64,000 nt of DNA from a virus, in the IMG/VR virus record IMGVR_UViG_3300045988_092366; one strand, given 5' to 3'. This document shows positions 49,677 through 58,611 of the stretch, piece after piece; the first letter of the stretch is position 1; each line of letters opens with the position of its first letter. The notes under the pieces were generated by a model. It worked only from the letters and a program-made list of their open reading frames with translations. It did not search any database and had not been told where the DNA came from. The position numbers and the translations under genes were made by a program.

Positions 49677-50513
49677 TTATTCCCCCGCTGCTTCGGAGAA
49701 GACAGACTTAGAATACCAACTATCTACATCGGAATCCTTTGTACGACCATTGTGACCAAGGACATCCTTATTCTTATAGTTGTGAGTTGTATCAGTCTTG
49801 TCAACAACCTGTAGCGTAGCCATAACTTTCTTCTTCTTGTTGAACTTAGTATAAGCAGGCATACAGTCAATAGTAAATGTAAATGTTGACGGGTCACCAT
49901 TATTGGCCATAGAGAACGTAAAGTTACTCTGGATTTTACCACGAGGAATGATAAATTCAGCAGGAAGGTCTACACCAGTCTCTTCATCACGGAAGAGTGT
50001 AGACGCTTCGATATAATAGTAACCAGCGAAGTTCTCAGCATCAATCTGCATCTCATAGGCTTCATCGTAATGAACCTCATAGCAGTCAATACGTACAGTA
50101 TCACCAGCCTTTACAGCAGCATCCTGCTTACTATCGCCGGGAGTGTCGGCAGCAAGCTGGAAAGCAATTGTCTTACCTTCGGCTTCAATTTCACCATGGT
50201 CACCAAGAGTAGCAGCAGTCAGGGTCTTGCCATCATTAATAACAAAAACCTGCTTGTCGGTAACAGCAGAAAGATAATTAGCTTGAGCACCAGCACTATC
50301 GAGAGTAACAGGATAGATAGGAGCTTCTTTTGTAACGATGATAGTCGCGCCGTTACGGTCTTCATCGGTTAGCTTAGCGATAATCTTATCATCAGAAGTT
50401 TCAGCAACCATATCATATGTAGCATGGACATAGATAGGAGTCTTATTTTCACCAGTTTTCTTACCGTGTACTAGACCAGCACCAGATAGCATAGCGAAAC
50501 TGGTAGGACTCAT
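49677..50513 (-). CDS. Major tail protein, exon 2 (3' part)
   Basis: In frame with the 74-aa exon 1 once the intron is removed. Highly expressed position, followed by a terminator. Confidence 0.5.
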   Translation of the reverse strand: MSPTSFAMLSGAGLVHGKKTGENKTPIYVHATYDMVAETSDDKIIAKLTDEDRNGATIIVTKEAPIYPVTLDSAGAQANYLSAVTDKQVFVINDGKTLTAATLGDHGEIEAEGKTIAFQLAADTPGDSKQDAAVKAGDTVRIDCYEVHYDEAYEMQIDAENFAGYYYIEASTLFRDEETGVDLPAEFIIPRGKIQSNFTFSMANNGDPSTFTFTIDCMPAYTKFNKKKKVMATLQVVDKTDTTHNYKNKDVLGHNGRTKDSDVDSWYSKSVFSEAAGE

Positions 50514-51733
50514 TAGAGAATCCTCAAGTGTGCTTTTAAATATATACTTTCATATATAAATAGACTATATCTTCATCCTTAAAAGGAGTTTCCCGCTAAC
50601 TTTAAAAAGTTATTAGTCGTTGAAGTTTTTAGTTACTATTTTCCAGAAATCAGAAGTAATAATAAATTTTTCAAGTTCATTAAAATATTGGTAAGGAACT
50701 ACAAGAAACGGAATCTTATTTTTTTCACAAAAACTTCGTTTAATATAATCATGCTTTTGTTGATAAATTAATCTATCTTTTGTATCCCATCCAGTTCCAG
50801 AAGTAGAATAGTGTAAAGAACCATTAAGTTCTATTAAACCTGTTAATTCTTCTTCTTCGTTAAAAATTGCGAAATCAAATGGAAGTGGCTTTTTATCTTT
50901 ACAATCTTCAAATTTATATTCTCTCTTATAGGGAACATGATATTTATCCATAATTTTTGCTGTAAGCTCATTGGCTTTAGAATTCATACATCCACAAGAA
51001 CTAGTGTTACCATTGAATAAATTTTTACCAATAACATCAACAATATTTCCACAATCACATTTACAATTGTACCAATAACTCTTACCTTTTAAAAAATATC
51101 CAGTAACAGTTAACCATCCATATTTTTCACCAATATGATTCGAAGCCTTTTTTTCATTATTTTCTTTTGAATGTTCAACAGACGCACATCCACAGCTAAG
51201 TGTAGCGCCATATTTTAAACTTGGGCCATACACACTACGGATAGTACCACAATCACATTTACAAATATAATTTCTCGGATTATCTTTATCTAACTTTAAA
51301 ACAGTCCATCTTCCAAACTTTTGACCATATAAATTATCGGAACATTTTTTGCTACACGCTTTAGAATAGCCACTTACTAACGAACTACCCCTAACAGCTC
51401 TAACAGTTCCACAAACATCACACTTGCATAGAAAATATAAAACGCCATGTTTGTTTTTATGGTCAAATTTAATTACTTCCCAATGATTAAATTTCATTCC
51501 TGGTTGAATTTCACTTGGAGTCATACGTAAGTCTCCTTTTTCTAGTGATTATATAACTAACTTACCTGCGGATTATCCAATACTTAACGATTTTACCATA
51601 CCTTAGTCATTACCTTCGCCATTATCCACGTCACCGTGATAATTTGGTTGTTAAGTCTCTAAGGAAGTCCCCGCAATTCAAGAAATTTTGCTATAGCCCA
51701 TTACTGGGCTAATGACCCCCACATTTGTTAATT
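50514..51733 (-). mobile_element. Group I intron (boundaries approximate) interrupting the major tail protein gene
   Basis: On the minus strand: P-like AATTGCGGGGACTTCC, Q-like GGATAATCCGCAGG, R-like CTTCAACGACTAATAAC overlapping the ORF stop, S-like GAAGATATAGTCTATT. P7 pairing GACUA/UAGUC. The exon-1 stop lies just inside the intron. Confidence 0.6.
50613..51524 (-). CDS. Intron-encoded homing endonuclease: N-terminal CKCDCG...SCGC zinc-ribbon repeats plus a C-terminal DUF559/Vsr-like (PD-(D/E)xK) nuclease domain
   Basis: Three repeats of W.V......Y.CKCDCG...SCGC. C-terminus FDFAIF..LIELNGSLHY...PYQY is similar to ORF 61574..61930. Confidence 0.5.
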   Translation of the reverse strand: MTPSEIQPGMKFNHWEVIKFDHKNKHGVLYFLCKCDVCGTVRAVRGSSLVSGYSKACSKKCSDNLYGQKFGRWTVLKLDKDNPRNYICKCDCGTIRSVYGPSLKYGATLSCGCASVEHSKENNEKKASNHIGEKYGWLTVTGYFLKGKSYWYNCKCDCGNIVDVIGKNLFNGNTSSCGCMNSKANELTAKIMDKYHVPYKREYKFEDCKDKKPLPFDFAIFNEEEELTGLIELNGSLHYSTSGTGWDTKDRLIYQQKHDYIKRSFCEKNKIPFLVVPYQYFNELEKFIITSDFWKIVTKNFND

Positions 51734-51952
51734 AAGGGTCAGAGTTTTTTCACCATCCCAGGCAATTAGACGAGGATTACCCTTGCCACCTTGTGCATAA
51801 ACAGTAGTGGCGGCACCTTCAAGGCTAGAAGTCTTGGCGGTGTCAATATAAAGCATAGGCTGACCAGCATCGAAGTGCTGGCCACCGAGGTCTACGGATG
51901 TAAGAGGCTTGAATACTACATCGCAGATTTCTCGCACGCCGAATCTATTCAT
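51728..51952 (-). CDS. Major tail protein, exon 1 (74 aa, ends WDGEKTLTLN)
   Basis: Short ORF ending in a stop immediately followed by intron core elements. Confidence 0.5.
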   Translation of the reverse strand: MNRFGVREICDVVFKPLTSVDLGGQHFDAGQPMLYIDTAKTSSLEGAATTVYAQGGKGNPRLIAWDGEKTLTLN

Positions 51953-52059
51953 AGATTTCTCCTTACATTTAGAAATTTGTATACATTTTCCTTAGTCATA
52001 GAAACATAACGCGCTAATTTCTATGTCTATTATATAACGCGGCAAAACCACGATTATAC

Positions 52060-52830
52060 TCAATAAATACCGTCCATCCAATTATCAGGCTCGTCCATCT
52101 TACTAACGTCCATCATAGGAGTAGTGGCTACTTTCTGATATAAGTCATATGCCATCTTAATTGTATACCTCTTAATACTATCAAACAACTGAAATGGAGT
52201 ATAATTATATATAACATTAATATCAATTGCCAAACCAATAGAAAGAGCAGAAGCATAATTACCAAAGATACTATTAGCTTTCTTCTTATCCTTATCACTC
52301 TTTATCTGATTTCGTATTTCTCGGCCACGTTGAAGTTTCGCCGCAATCTCGGCAGCTGCATCATTAGCAGGATTAAATTCTTCTTCATACTTATCAGTGC
52401 CTACTGGCAAAAATAGCTCTTTCAATGTAATTCTGAAATTTTCAAAATTCATAGGATTGAGTTGCCCTACTATCGGTCCATTCTCCTGTACCCTAAAGTT
52501 AATACACCCAGCGTCATACTCAATTATATAATCAGGAAAAATAAGACCAAAAAGGTTATCTACATTTCTTTTTGTATTTTCGTCCTGTTGGATGATTACT
52601 AATAATATTTGAAAATCGTCCATATATCTTAATTGACTTTTGCCCACGTTTTTCATTTCAGCGGCAAGTTCTTTCGCCTTGACAAAAAGTTCAATTGACA
52701 TAAGAAACGAATCTTCACCAAAAGCACAAATATCTTTAATAGACGGTTGCGAGATAGCAACATTTGCTCCCGCAACCGTCACTGGCATTCCAGAAAGATA
52801 TTTACCTAAATCTCCTTGTAACTCTGACAT
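52060..52830 (-). CDS. Head-tail joining/tail completion protein (256 aa)
   Basis: Position between the head and tail modules. Confidence 0.3.
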   Translation of the reverse strand: MSELQGDLGKYLSGMPVTVAGANVAISQPSIKDICAFGEDSFLMSIELFVKAKELAAEMKNVGKSQLRYMDDFQILLVIIQQDENTKRNVDNLFGLIFPDYIIEYDAGCINFRVQENGPIVGQLNPMNFENFRITLKELFLPVGTDKYEEEFNPANDAAAEIAAKLQRGREIRNQIKSDKDKKKANSIFGNYASALSIGLAIDINVIYNYTPFQLFDSIKRYTIKMAYDLYQKVATTPMMDVSKMDEPDNWMDGIY

Positions 52831-52842
52831 GCTGCACCAGCT

Positions 52843-53454
52843 TTATAAATCTTGCGGCGCAGGCTTAGTATTATCAATATTCTGCGAATCGTCGGCTTCG
52901 CTGTGGCTCGCTGAGTATCGTAGCATTACGCCACCTAAATATTCATTTAAAACAAGCTGTTGCGCACCTAGGAATTGTAGTTTTCCGATGCCAGATAAAC
53001 GAGTATCATTCATAATACCATCAACGTATCCAGCAATCATCCAAGGACGTAACTGATAGTCATCTAGTTCCCAATAGTCAAGTTGTGAGATAATTGTGAA
53101 GCTAATAACACAATTACGGTAGCGAGGATTCTCAGAAGGAGAAAAATCATCAAAGTCTAACATAATATAAGATTTAACCTCTTCATGTTCTCCAAAAGAG
53201 AGCTTTGGAGTAGCTTTAATATATTGATTATCATGTAGGTCTTTAATGGTATATTGTTCAATTTTACGCTGATATTGGTCTTGAGTTCTATCAAGACAAT
53301 CAGGCGTATTAATAATAAGTAATTTTTTCAGCATATCGCTGTAAGGTCTACTTTCAACAAAGAGTTTACGCCAAATGGTTTCTTGGTCTTCTGCATGAGA
53401 AAGAAAAGTAGACTTATAATTAGTCCGTAAGATATTAGAAGCAACGTGTTTCAT
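52843..53454 (-). CDS. Head-tail joining protein (203 aa)
   Basis: ORF. Confidence 0.3.
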   Translation of the reverse strand: MKHVASNILRTNYKSTFLSHAEDQETIWRKLFVESRPYSDMLKKLLIINTPDCLDRTQDQYQRKIEQYTIKDLHDNQYIKATPKLSFGEHEEVKSYIMLDFDDFSPSENPRYRNCVISFTIISQLDYWELDDYQLRPWMIAGYVDGIMNDTRLSGIGKLQFLGAQQLVLNEYLGGVMLRYSASHSEADDSQNIDNTKPAPQDL

Positions 53455-53468
53455 GTAACCTCCAATCC

Positions 53469-54605
53469 TTATAACGATTTAATCTTAACTGGTAAATCTG
53501 TTTCAATGTCACCATATACCGCATGAATGACAAATTTACCTTTCTTGCCAGATATAATTTCTACCTTGCAAGAATCATTGTTGGAATCTACAATCTTAGC
53601 CATAGATTCATCATCAATAGAGAATGCGACTCTTTCATCTTCTGGAAGTTTCTTAATCCAATAGGTATGAATATCATAAGGATAAACCTCTTGCGGCCCT
53701 TGAATTAGTGGCTTCTGCCATTCGACAATTACTGTCTGAAAAAAATCTCCATAGCAAATATCAAACGTTTTTACCGCACCCGCATAGACTTTAACTTTAC
53801 ACATGCGGCCATTCTCATATTCCTCAAGTATTTTGACTCTTGGATTATTCTTGACTTCCCAATGAATTTTGGGGTCATATGCTTCATTTGAAATAGCATA
53901 TCCAACAATAGTATCTTGTTTAGTCATTGTCGCACCGCTAATAACGTTAATGGGTGTAGTCTCGTCTTTGAGGATACTTGGCAGTTCTGCAATGCTGTTA
54001 TCATAATACTCTTGGATTTCAAGCTCTAAAATACCCGGTACTGTAATCGAATCTGTAACTTGTACTTCCCATGTATGTCCCGCAAGTTTGATGTGAGTAA
54101 AACGATGAAAAAAGTCTCTAGTATTTTCATCATTCTTAATATAAATTCGGCCAGACAAGTTAAGCTCATTGATATTAATACTGTTTTTAATAAACCAGCG
54201 AAGGTCTGTTTCTACAGGCCCCCTAAAAAAAATCCAATATTCTTGACCATTTACATTAAGCGTATAATCACAACGAATAATTTCAGACCGCAAATAAGCT
54301 GTCTCTGTAATTACTGGCAAATATACCATCCAATGAGTTCCACTATCTAAAAGTTCAAAAGTTTCACCAGCTTTTAGACCACTCTTGAAATCGACAGAGA
54401 TATACTTTTTATCGTAATCAGCCTTCAAACCTCCTGACATGGAGTTAATGAGACAAGGCCAAGACTGATTATTGAATTTAATCATTCTCTTATTATAGTC
54501 ATTTTTTAAAGCCGCTTGAAAAGACATATATTTAGACTGATTAATTCTCCCCATATTATCGCCACCAAGCCATTGAAGGCGAGCGCCTAATGTTTGAATG
54601 CTCAT
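53469..54605 (-). CDS. Neck/head-closure protein with C-terminal Big_2-like Ig domain (378 aa)
   Basis: C-terminus 'FSIDDESMAKIVDSNNDSCKVEIISGKKGKFVIHAVYGD' is Ig-like. Confidence 0.35.
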   Translation of the reverse strand: MSIQTLGARLQWLGGDNMGRINQSKYMSFQAALKNDYNKRMIKFNNQSWPCLINSMSGGLKADYDKKYISVDFKSGLKAGETFELLDSGTHWMVYLPVITETAYLRSEIIRCDYTLNVNGQEYWIFFRGPVETDLRWFIKNSININELNLSGRIYIKNDENTRDFFHRFTHIKLAGHTWEVQVTDSITVPGILELEIQEYYDNSIAELPSILKDETTPINVISGATMTKQDTIVGYAISNEAYDPKIHWEVKNNPRVKILEEYENGRMCKVKVYAGAVKTFDICYGDFFQTVIVEWQKPLIQGPQEVYPYDIHTYWIKKLPEDERVAFSIDDESMAKIVDSNNDSCKVEIISGKKGKFVIHAVYGDIETDLPVKIKSL

Positions 54606-54922
54606 AGGCTCTCCCTAACATCGTTAGCGATATTGCAGGCTTCAAAAATCATGCGGCGAAAAAGCATAAATTCAATATCTTTCCCCTGTTCTTTAATACC
54701 TTGCAGTTTATATACGAGTTGATAAAGTTTTGGCGCATTAGGAGTTACAAGAGCCATACCTGTAATCTCTATAACTAAAGTATCTAATGGTTTAATCCAA
54801 TCTTTACCATCTTCAAATGTAGGTAGAAGTTTAAAAATTTGATTTGTGATTCGTTCTAGGCTATCCTTAACATTTTCTACCTGATAGTCTAGAATCCTAT
54901 TATCTATTACCATTAACGCCAT
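54602..54922 (-). CDS. Head-tail adaptor-like small protein (106 aa)
   Basis: ORF, overlapping stop/start. Confidence 0.3.
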   Translation of the reverse strand: MALMVIDNRILDYQVENVKDSLERITNQIFKLLPTFEDGKDWIKPLDTLVIEITGMALVTPNAPKLYQLVYKLQGIKEQGKDIEFMLFRRMIFEACNIANDVRESL

Positions 54923-54923
54923 T

Positions 54924-55433
54924 TTACTTCACTGGTTCCATAATCATACCAAAAGAAGAACGAACATGGCCTTTCTTATCAACATACCTGCGGCAATAGA
55001 CTCTTTGAGCGTGGAAGGCTTTCTGCTCATATTCCTGCTTCATTGTAATAAGAGAGCGCATATGATTAGCCTGAGAAGTAAATGAAAAGTCTGAACTTGA
55101 ATATTTCTGGCGAATAAGGTCAACAGTGGCAAGCTGGTAACTAATCCATTCTGCAATCATATAATAACGAATAATAATCTTTTCCTCTACTGTAAGGCAA
55201 GTAGAGAAGCATTTATTTTCATAATCTAGAGTAAATGGGTGCGCCCAATGCGGGAACTCAAATTTAGGAACTGCCGCAATCAGAATTTCCTCAAGTAGCT
55301 TTTCAGTATCCTCTTTTGTAAGTTCCATAAACATGTCATCGGTAACACCTGCTAGGAAAAATTCATACATCTCCTGAAAAGAAGTTGGAGGTATGACTTC
55401 CATATCTTTATCAATATCTATATCTTGTGGCAT
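54924..55433 (-). CDS. Head-tail connector-like protein (169 aa)
   Basis: ORF. Confidence 0.3.
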   Translation of the reverse strand: MPQDIDIDKDMEVIPPTSFQEMYEFFLAGVTDDMFMELTKEDTEKLLEEILIAAVPKFEFPHWAHPFTLDYENKCFSTCLTVEEKIIIRYYMIAEWISYQLATVDLIRQKYSSSDFSFTSQANHMRSLITMKQEYEQKAFHAQRVYCRRYVDKKGHVRSSFGMIMEPVK

Positions 55434-55459
55434 TAGGCAAACCTCCTACTTATTTTATA

Positions 55460-56029
55460 TTACTCGGTAGTTGCTTTGACGCGGCGCTTACGCGGTTCGG
55501 CATCTTTTTGAACTCGGCGTTGACGTGGTTTATCAGCAACATTGGTATCGCTATTATCATAAGCATGTTTATTCTTAATAGCGGCATCAATATCGACACC
55601 AGTTTTTTTCGCAATGGCTTTAATTTTTGCACGGTCGTTGATTTCAAGTTTAATGGCATCATCTTTAATGGTTTCAATAATACCTTGTGGCGCAAAATCA
55701 AGAGCGTCCAGCAGAACATCAATTTCATCTTCGGTCAGACATTTCTTTACATCTGCTTCTGTCCAATCATATTCAATTGCATCATACGGAACACCAAATT
55801 CTGCGGCAAGTGACTTATTGCCTACATTGATGTAGTTCTGTAGAAGAATAGAGCCGCCGGGCTGGAAAAATAACTCACGTAGCTCACCTGCGGAAACACG
55901 CATAGTAACGCCCGGAATAAGACGGCGTGCGCGGCCAGAAGACGAAAGAATGTAACCAGTCTCGCAATTTACGATATTGCGGATAGGAACTAGTGTATCA
56001 TCGCTAATTAGTTCAACTTCGTTACTCAT
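55460..56029 (-). CDS. Hypothetical protein with basic C-terminus (190 aa). The track's start at 56374 is replaced by the ATG after AGGAG.
   Basis: aaaaGGAGaaaatataatATG. The track's extension would overlap a terminator and the upstream gene. Confidence 0.35.
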   Translation of the reverse strand: MSNEVELISDDTLVPIRNIVNCETGYILSSSGRARRLIPGVTMRVSAGELRELFFQPGGSILLQNYINVGNKSLAAEFGVPYDAIEYDWTEADVKKCLTEDEIDVLLDALDFAPQGIIETIKDDAIKLEINDRAKIKAIAKKTGVDIDAAIKNKHAYDNSDTNVADKPRQRRVQKDAEPRKRRVKATTE

Positions 56030-56053
56030 ATTATATTTTCTCCTTTTAAATCT

Positions 56054-56084
56054 AAAAAAAGAAGGGACGCAGAGCGCCCCTTCC
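56054..56084 (-). terminator. Terminator after the capsid/decoration genes
   Basis: gaagggacgcagagcgccccttc followed by a T-run. Confidence 0.55.
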
Positions 56085-56093
56085 AATAATTCA

Positions 56094-56996
56094 TTATTTG
56101 AAATTAACAACGGGGTCGTTAACTCCATCAGCAAGGATTCCCTGAGTATCGGCATATACATAATATACCTTATCCATTCCTTCACCTTTTTCCATGAGCT
56201 TCTTAGAGCCACGAACAAGGTTGTCGAAATTGATTGTAAACTTAGAGAAATCTTGCTTGCTGCCAGCCTTAGAATAATCCTGTAGCAGCATAAAAGCAGT
56301 ATAACCATCAGCATTTGGCGTATCACTATTGAATGAATACGTGGTATCCTTAAAATTAAAGATAGCAGAGACATTCTTAGGATTGCTCAGACGAATTGGG
56401 TTATTACTTACGTCAATATCTTCAAATACGTTACCCACAAAGTTTACGGTAGCACCTTCGGCAAGATTATAAAGGCTTACGCCGTTATTCTTTAGCTTAC
56501 CCTTGAACGTATTATTCTTAAAGGTGACATCCGCAATATCACGTGCATTGCTGATGCTAAACTCAACCATATTGTAAATATTCTTATCGCCAGCATCGAA
56601 TACGTTGTTCTCAAATACAATCTTGCCAGAAGTCATGACAGATAGTGCAGTGCGGGTAGTACCTGAAATTTCACTATTCTTTAGCGTGAAAGGCTTCGTA
56701 CCGTTAACCTTGACGGCAAGTGTCTTGTCATTAGCATCTGCGCCAGTAGCTACAAGTTTAACATTATCAAATGTAACTGCTGCATCTGAAACCACTACTG
56801 GTTTTTCAAAGGTTACACCATTACCCTTAACAGTAATATCATTATTAAAAGTTACAGGCTCTTCGATTGCAGCGGTTCCCGCAGGGACAAACAGTGTGCC
56901 ACCAGCGGGAACATTTGCGATTGCTTCTGAGACAGTATCATAATCGCCAGCATTTACCTCGTCTTTCCCAGGTGTGGGAGGTTCTGGGTCAGGCAT
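56094..56996 (-). CDS. Right-handed beta-helix-like protein (300 aa), candidate head fibre/decoration
   Basis: Repeated 'NN.F' and 'V.F.N' strands typical of parallel beta-helix. Immediately downstream of the capsid gene. Confidence 0.35.
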   Translation of the reverse strand: MPDPEPPTPGKDEVNAGDYDTVSEAIANVPAGGTLFVPAGTAAIEEPVTFNNDITVKGNGVTFEKPVVVSDAAVTFDNVKLVATGADANDKTLAVKVNGTKPFTLKNSEISGTTRTALSVMTSGKIVFENNVFDAGDKNIYNMVEFSISNARDIADVTFKNNTFKGKLKNNGVSLYNLAEGATVNFVGNVFEDIDVSNNPIRLSNPKNVSAIFNFKDTTYSFNSDTPNADGYTAFMLLQDYSKAGSKQDFSKFTINFDNLVRGSKKLMEKGEGMDKVYYVYADTQGILADGVNDPVVNFK

Positions 56997-57007
56997 TGGC
57001 GTTGGGT

Positions 57008-58054
57008 TTAGCGAGTTGCTTTTTTTAGTGCTGTGTTCTGATAAGAGCAGATAGAAGGATTAGAGAATACAGCGACACCAAACTTCTTGTAAGTTTGGAG
57101 GTCTGTTGACCAATCGTCATTATCAGAAACGGTACGAACGGCAGTCTGGCCCTCGAAGACAATTTTAACAGGCTTTTCACCAACAGAAGCGAAGATGTAA
57201 GCCTGAGATGGGTCAACAACCTTCTCAGCGTTGGTTTCATCAACCATAGACTGCTGGAGGATAATTACAGGGTGGCCCTTATAATCAGCGAAAAAGCCCT
57301 TGCGGAAAAGTTCTTCCTTCATAGCGTCAGAAGCCCAATCAGCAGAAGCAGGCTTCATAGTAGAAGCGAACTCACGAGTGCAGTAGATGGTGGAAGTACC
57401 ATTACCATAAGAATCAGAAATGGCGAGTAGTTCATCCATCTTAGTCTCGTCAAAGCCAGCACCGACATACTTGTTAGCAGTTGGAAGTTGTTCAACGGTC
57501 TGTGTAAGAGCCTTTAGAATTTCAGCGTAGATGTATTCATCGACACCATCAAGCATGATATTAGTGAAGTCGGCAAATGAATAGCGACCATCAAGGAATT
57601 CCTCAAAGCCAATGCGGATAGCATAACCAATAGCGCTAGTAGCAACTTCGAGTTCCTTACCATCAAGCATCATTGTCTCGTAACGACCAGCAAGGCCGAC
57701 ACGAGTTACGAAAGCCTTGGCACGCTTACGAGCAGCTTCAGTAATGCGGAGCTTGAAGACGGCCTTATCGCCCTGAGCGATTGTCTGGACGTCAGCGAAC
57801 TGTTCAAATTGCTGCATAACCTTGACGGGAAGAATCTCGTCAATAGTATTCTCAATTAGTTCGTAGACAGCGACTTCGTTGCGACGGAAGAGACGATAAT
57901 CGCCAGCAAGTAGATTGAACTGTTCACGAAGAGTACGGTTAACGGTATCAACGTCAAATGATTCCTCGTTGCCATTTACTGAAAAAGTAAGGGGAGCGTT
58001 CTTGGTAGCGGCACGAGCGAGCTTTTTAAGTTCGTCAAATTTCATTAGTTCCAT
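57008..58054 (-). CDS. Major capsid protein (348 aa)
   Basis: Size and position after the scaffold. Followed by a terminator. Confidence 0.55.
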   Translation of the reverse strand: MELMKFDELKKLARAATKNAPLTFSVNGNEESFDVDTVNRTLREQFNLLAGDYRLFRRNEVAVYELIENTIDEILPVKVMQQFEQFADVQTIAQGDKAVFKLRITEAARKRAKAFVTRVGLAGRYETMMLDGKELEVATSAIGYAIRIGFEEFLDGRYSFADFTNIMLDGVDEYIYAEILKALTQTVEQLPTANKYVGAGFDETKMDELLAISDSYGNGTSTIYCTREFASTMKPASADWASDAMKEELFRKGFFADYKGHPVIILQQSMVDETNAEKVVDPSQAYIFASVGEKPVKIVFEGQTAVRTVSDNDDWSTDLQTYKKFGVAVFSNPSICSYQNTALKKATR

Positions 58055-58073
58055 TATCTATCTTACTCCTTTC

Positions 58074-58598
58074 TTATTCAGCAATGACTTGTAGTTTAAG
58101 GCCGGGCTGACCATCAGGCATGGTGGTGAGCTTAGCAACCTTGACGGCTAGACCTTCGCCCTTAGCGCCCTTCTCAAGAACACCATTAGTGCCGGGGACG
58201 AGAACGTCACCGAGGTCATAATCGTCAGCCTTGACGTTATTTGTGGTGAAAATATCACCAGCATACATGCGGAAAACACGAGGTGTCATAACGCCGTCAT
58301 AGAAGTCAGACTTCTTCATGGCGTAGTCACGGTGCATCTGCTTACGCTCGTCATAGAGCTTTTCTTCATTGAAGACCATCATCCAAGGGCCTTCACCAGT
58401 GAAGTTAATCTTGCCAGCAGCATAATCGTACTTAACGAAAGTGCCCTGTTCAAGCATTGTAATAGAATCATCAGCGGGGAGCTGACCATAAACGCCACCA
58501 CTGCGGGGAGCAGAGAGGTGGTTAGGTTCGACAACAGCAAAATTGTCGTGACCAGTAAGCTGAATCTTAGTGTCAGCGCGGTCTACATGTAGAGCCAT
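58074..58598 (-). CDS. Head protein (174 aa), decoration or minor capsid
   Basis: ORF between scaffold and capsid. Confidence 0.3.
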   Translation of the reverse strand: MALHVDRADTKIQLTGHDNFAVVEPNHLSAPRSGGVYGQLPADDSITMLEQGTFVKYDYAAGKINFTGEGPWMMVFNEEKLYDERKQMHRDYAMKKSDFYDGVMTPRVFRMYAGDIFTTNNVKADDYDLGDVLVPGTNGVLEKGAKGEGLAVKVAKLTTMPDGQPGLKLQVIAE

Positions 58599-58611
58599 TT
58601 AATCCTCCTAT

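Noticed and set aside
51530-51730. The 'TTAGAGACTTAACAACC' segment just after the P element of the tail-gene intron as the R element.
   Set aside because: Order would be P-R-Q, which is inconsistent with group I topology. A better R (CTTCAACGACTAATAAC) lies at the ORF stop, followed by S, so this segment is more likely part of P5.
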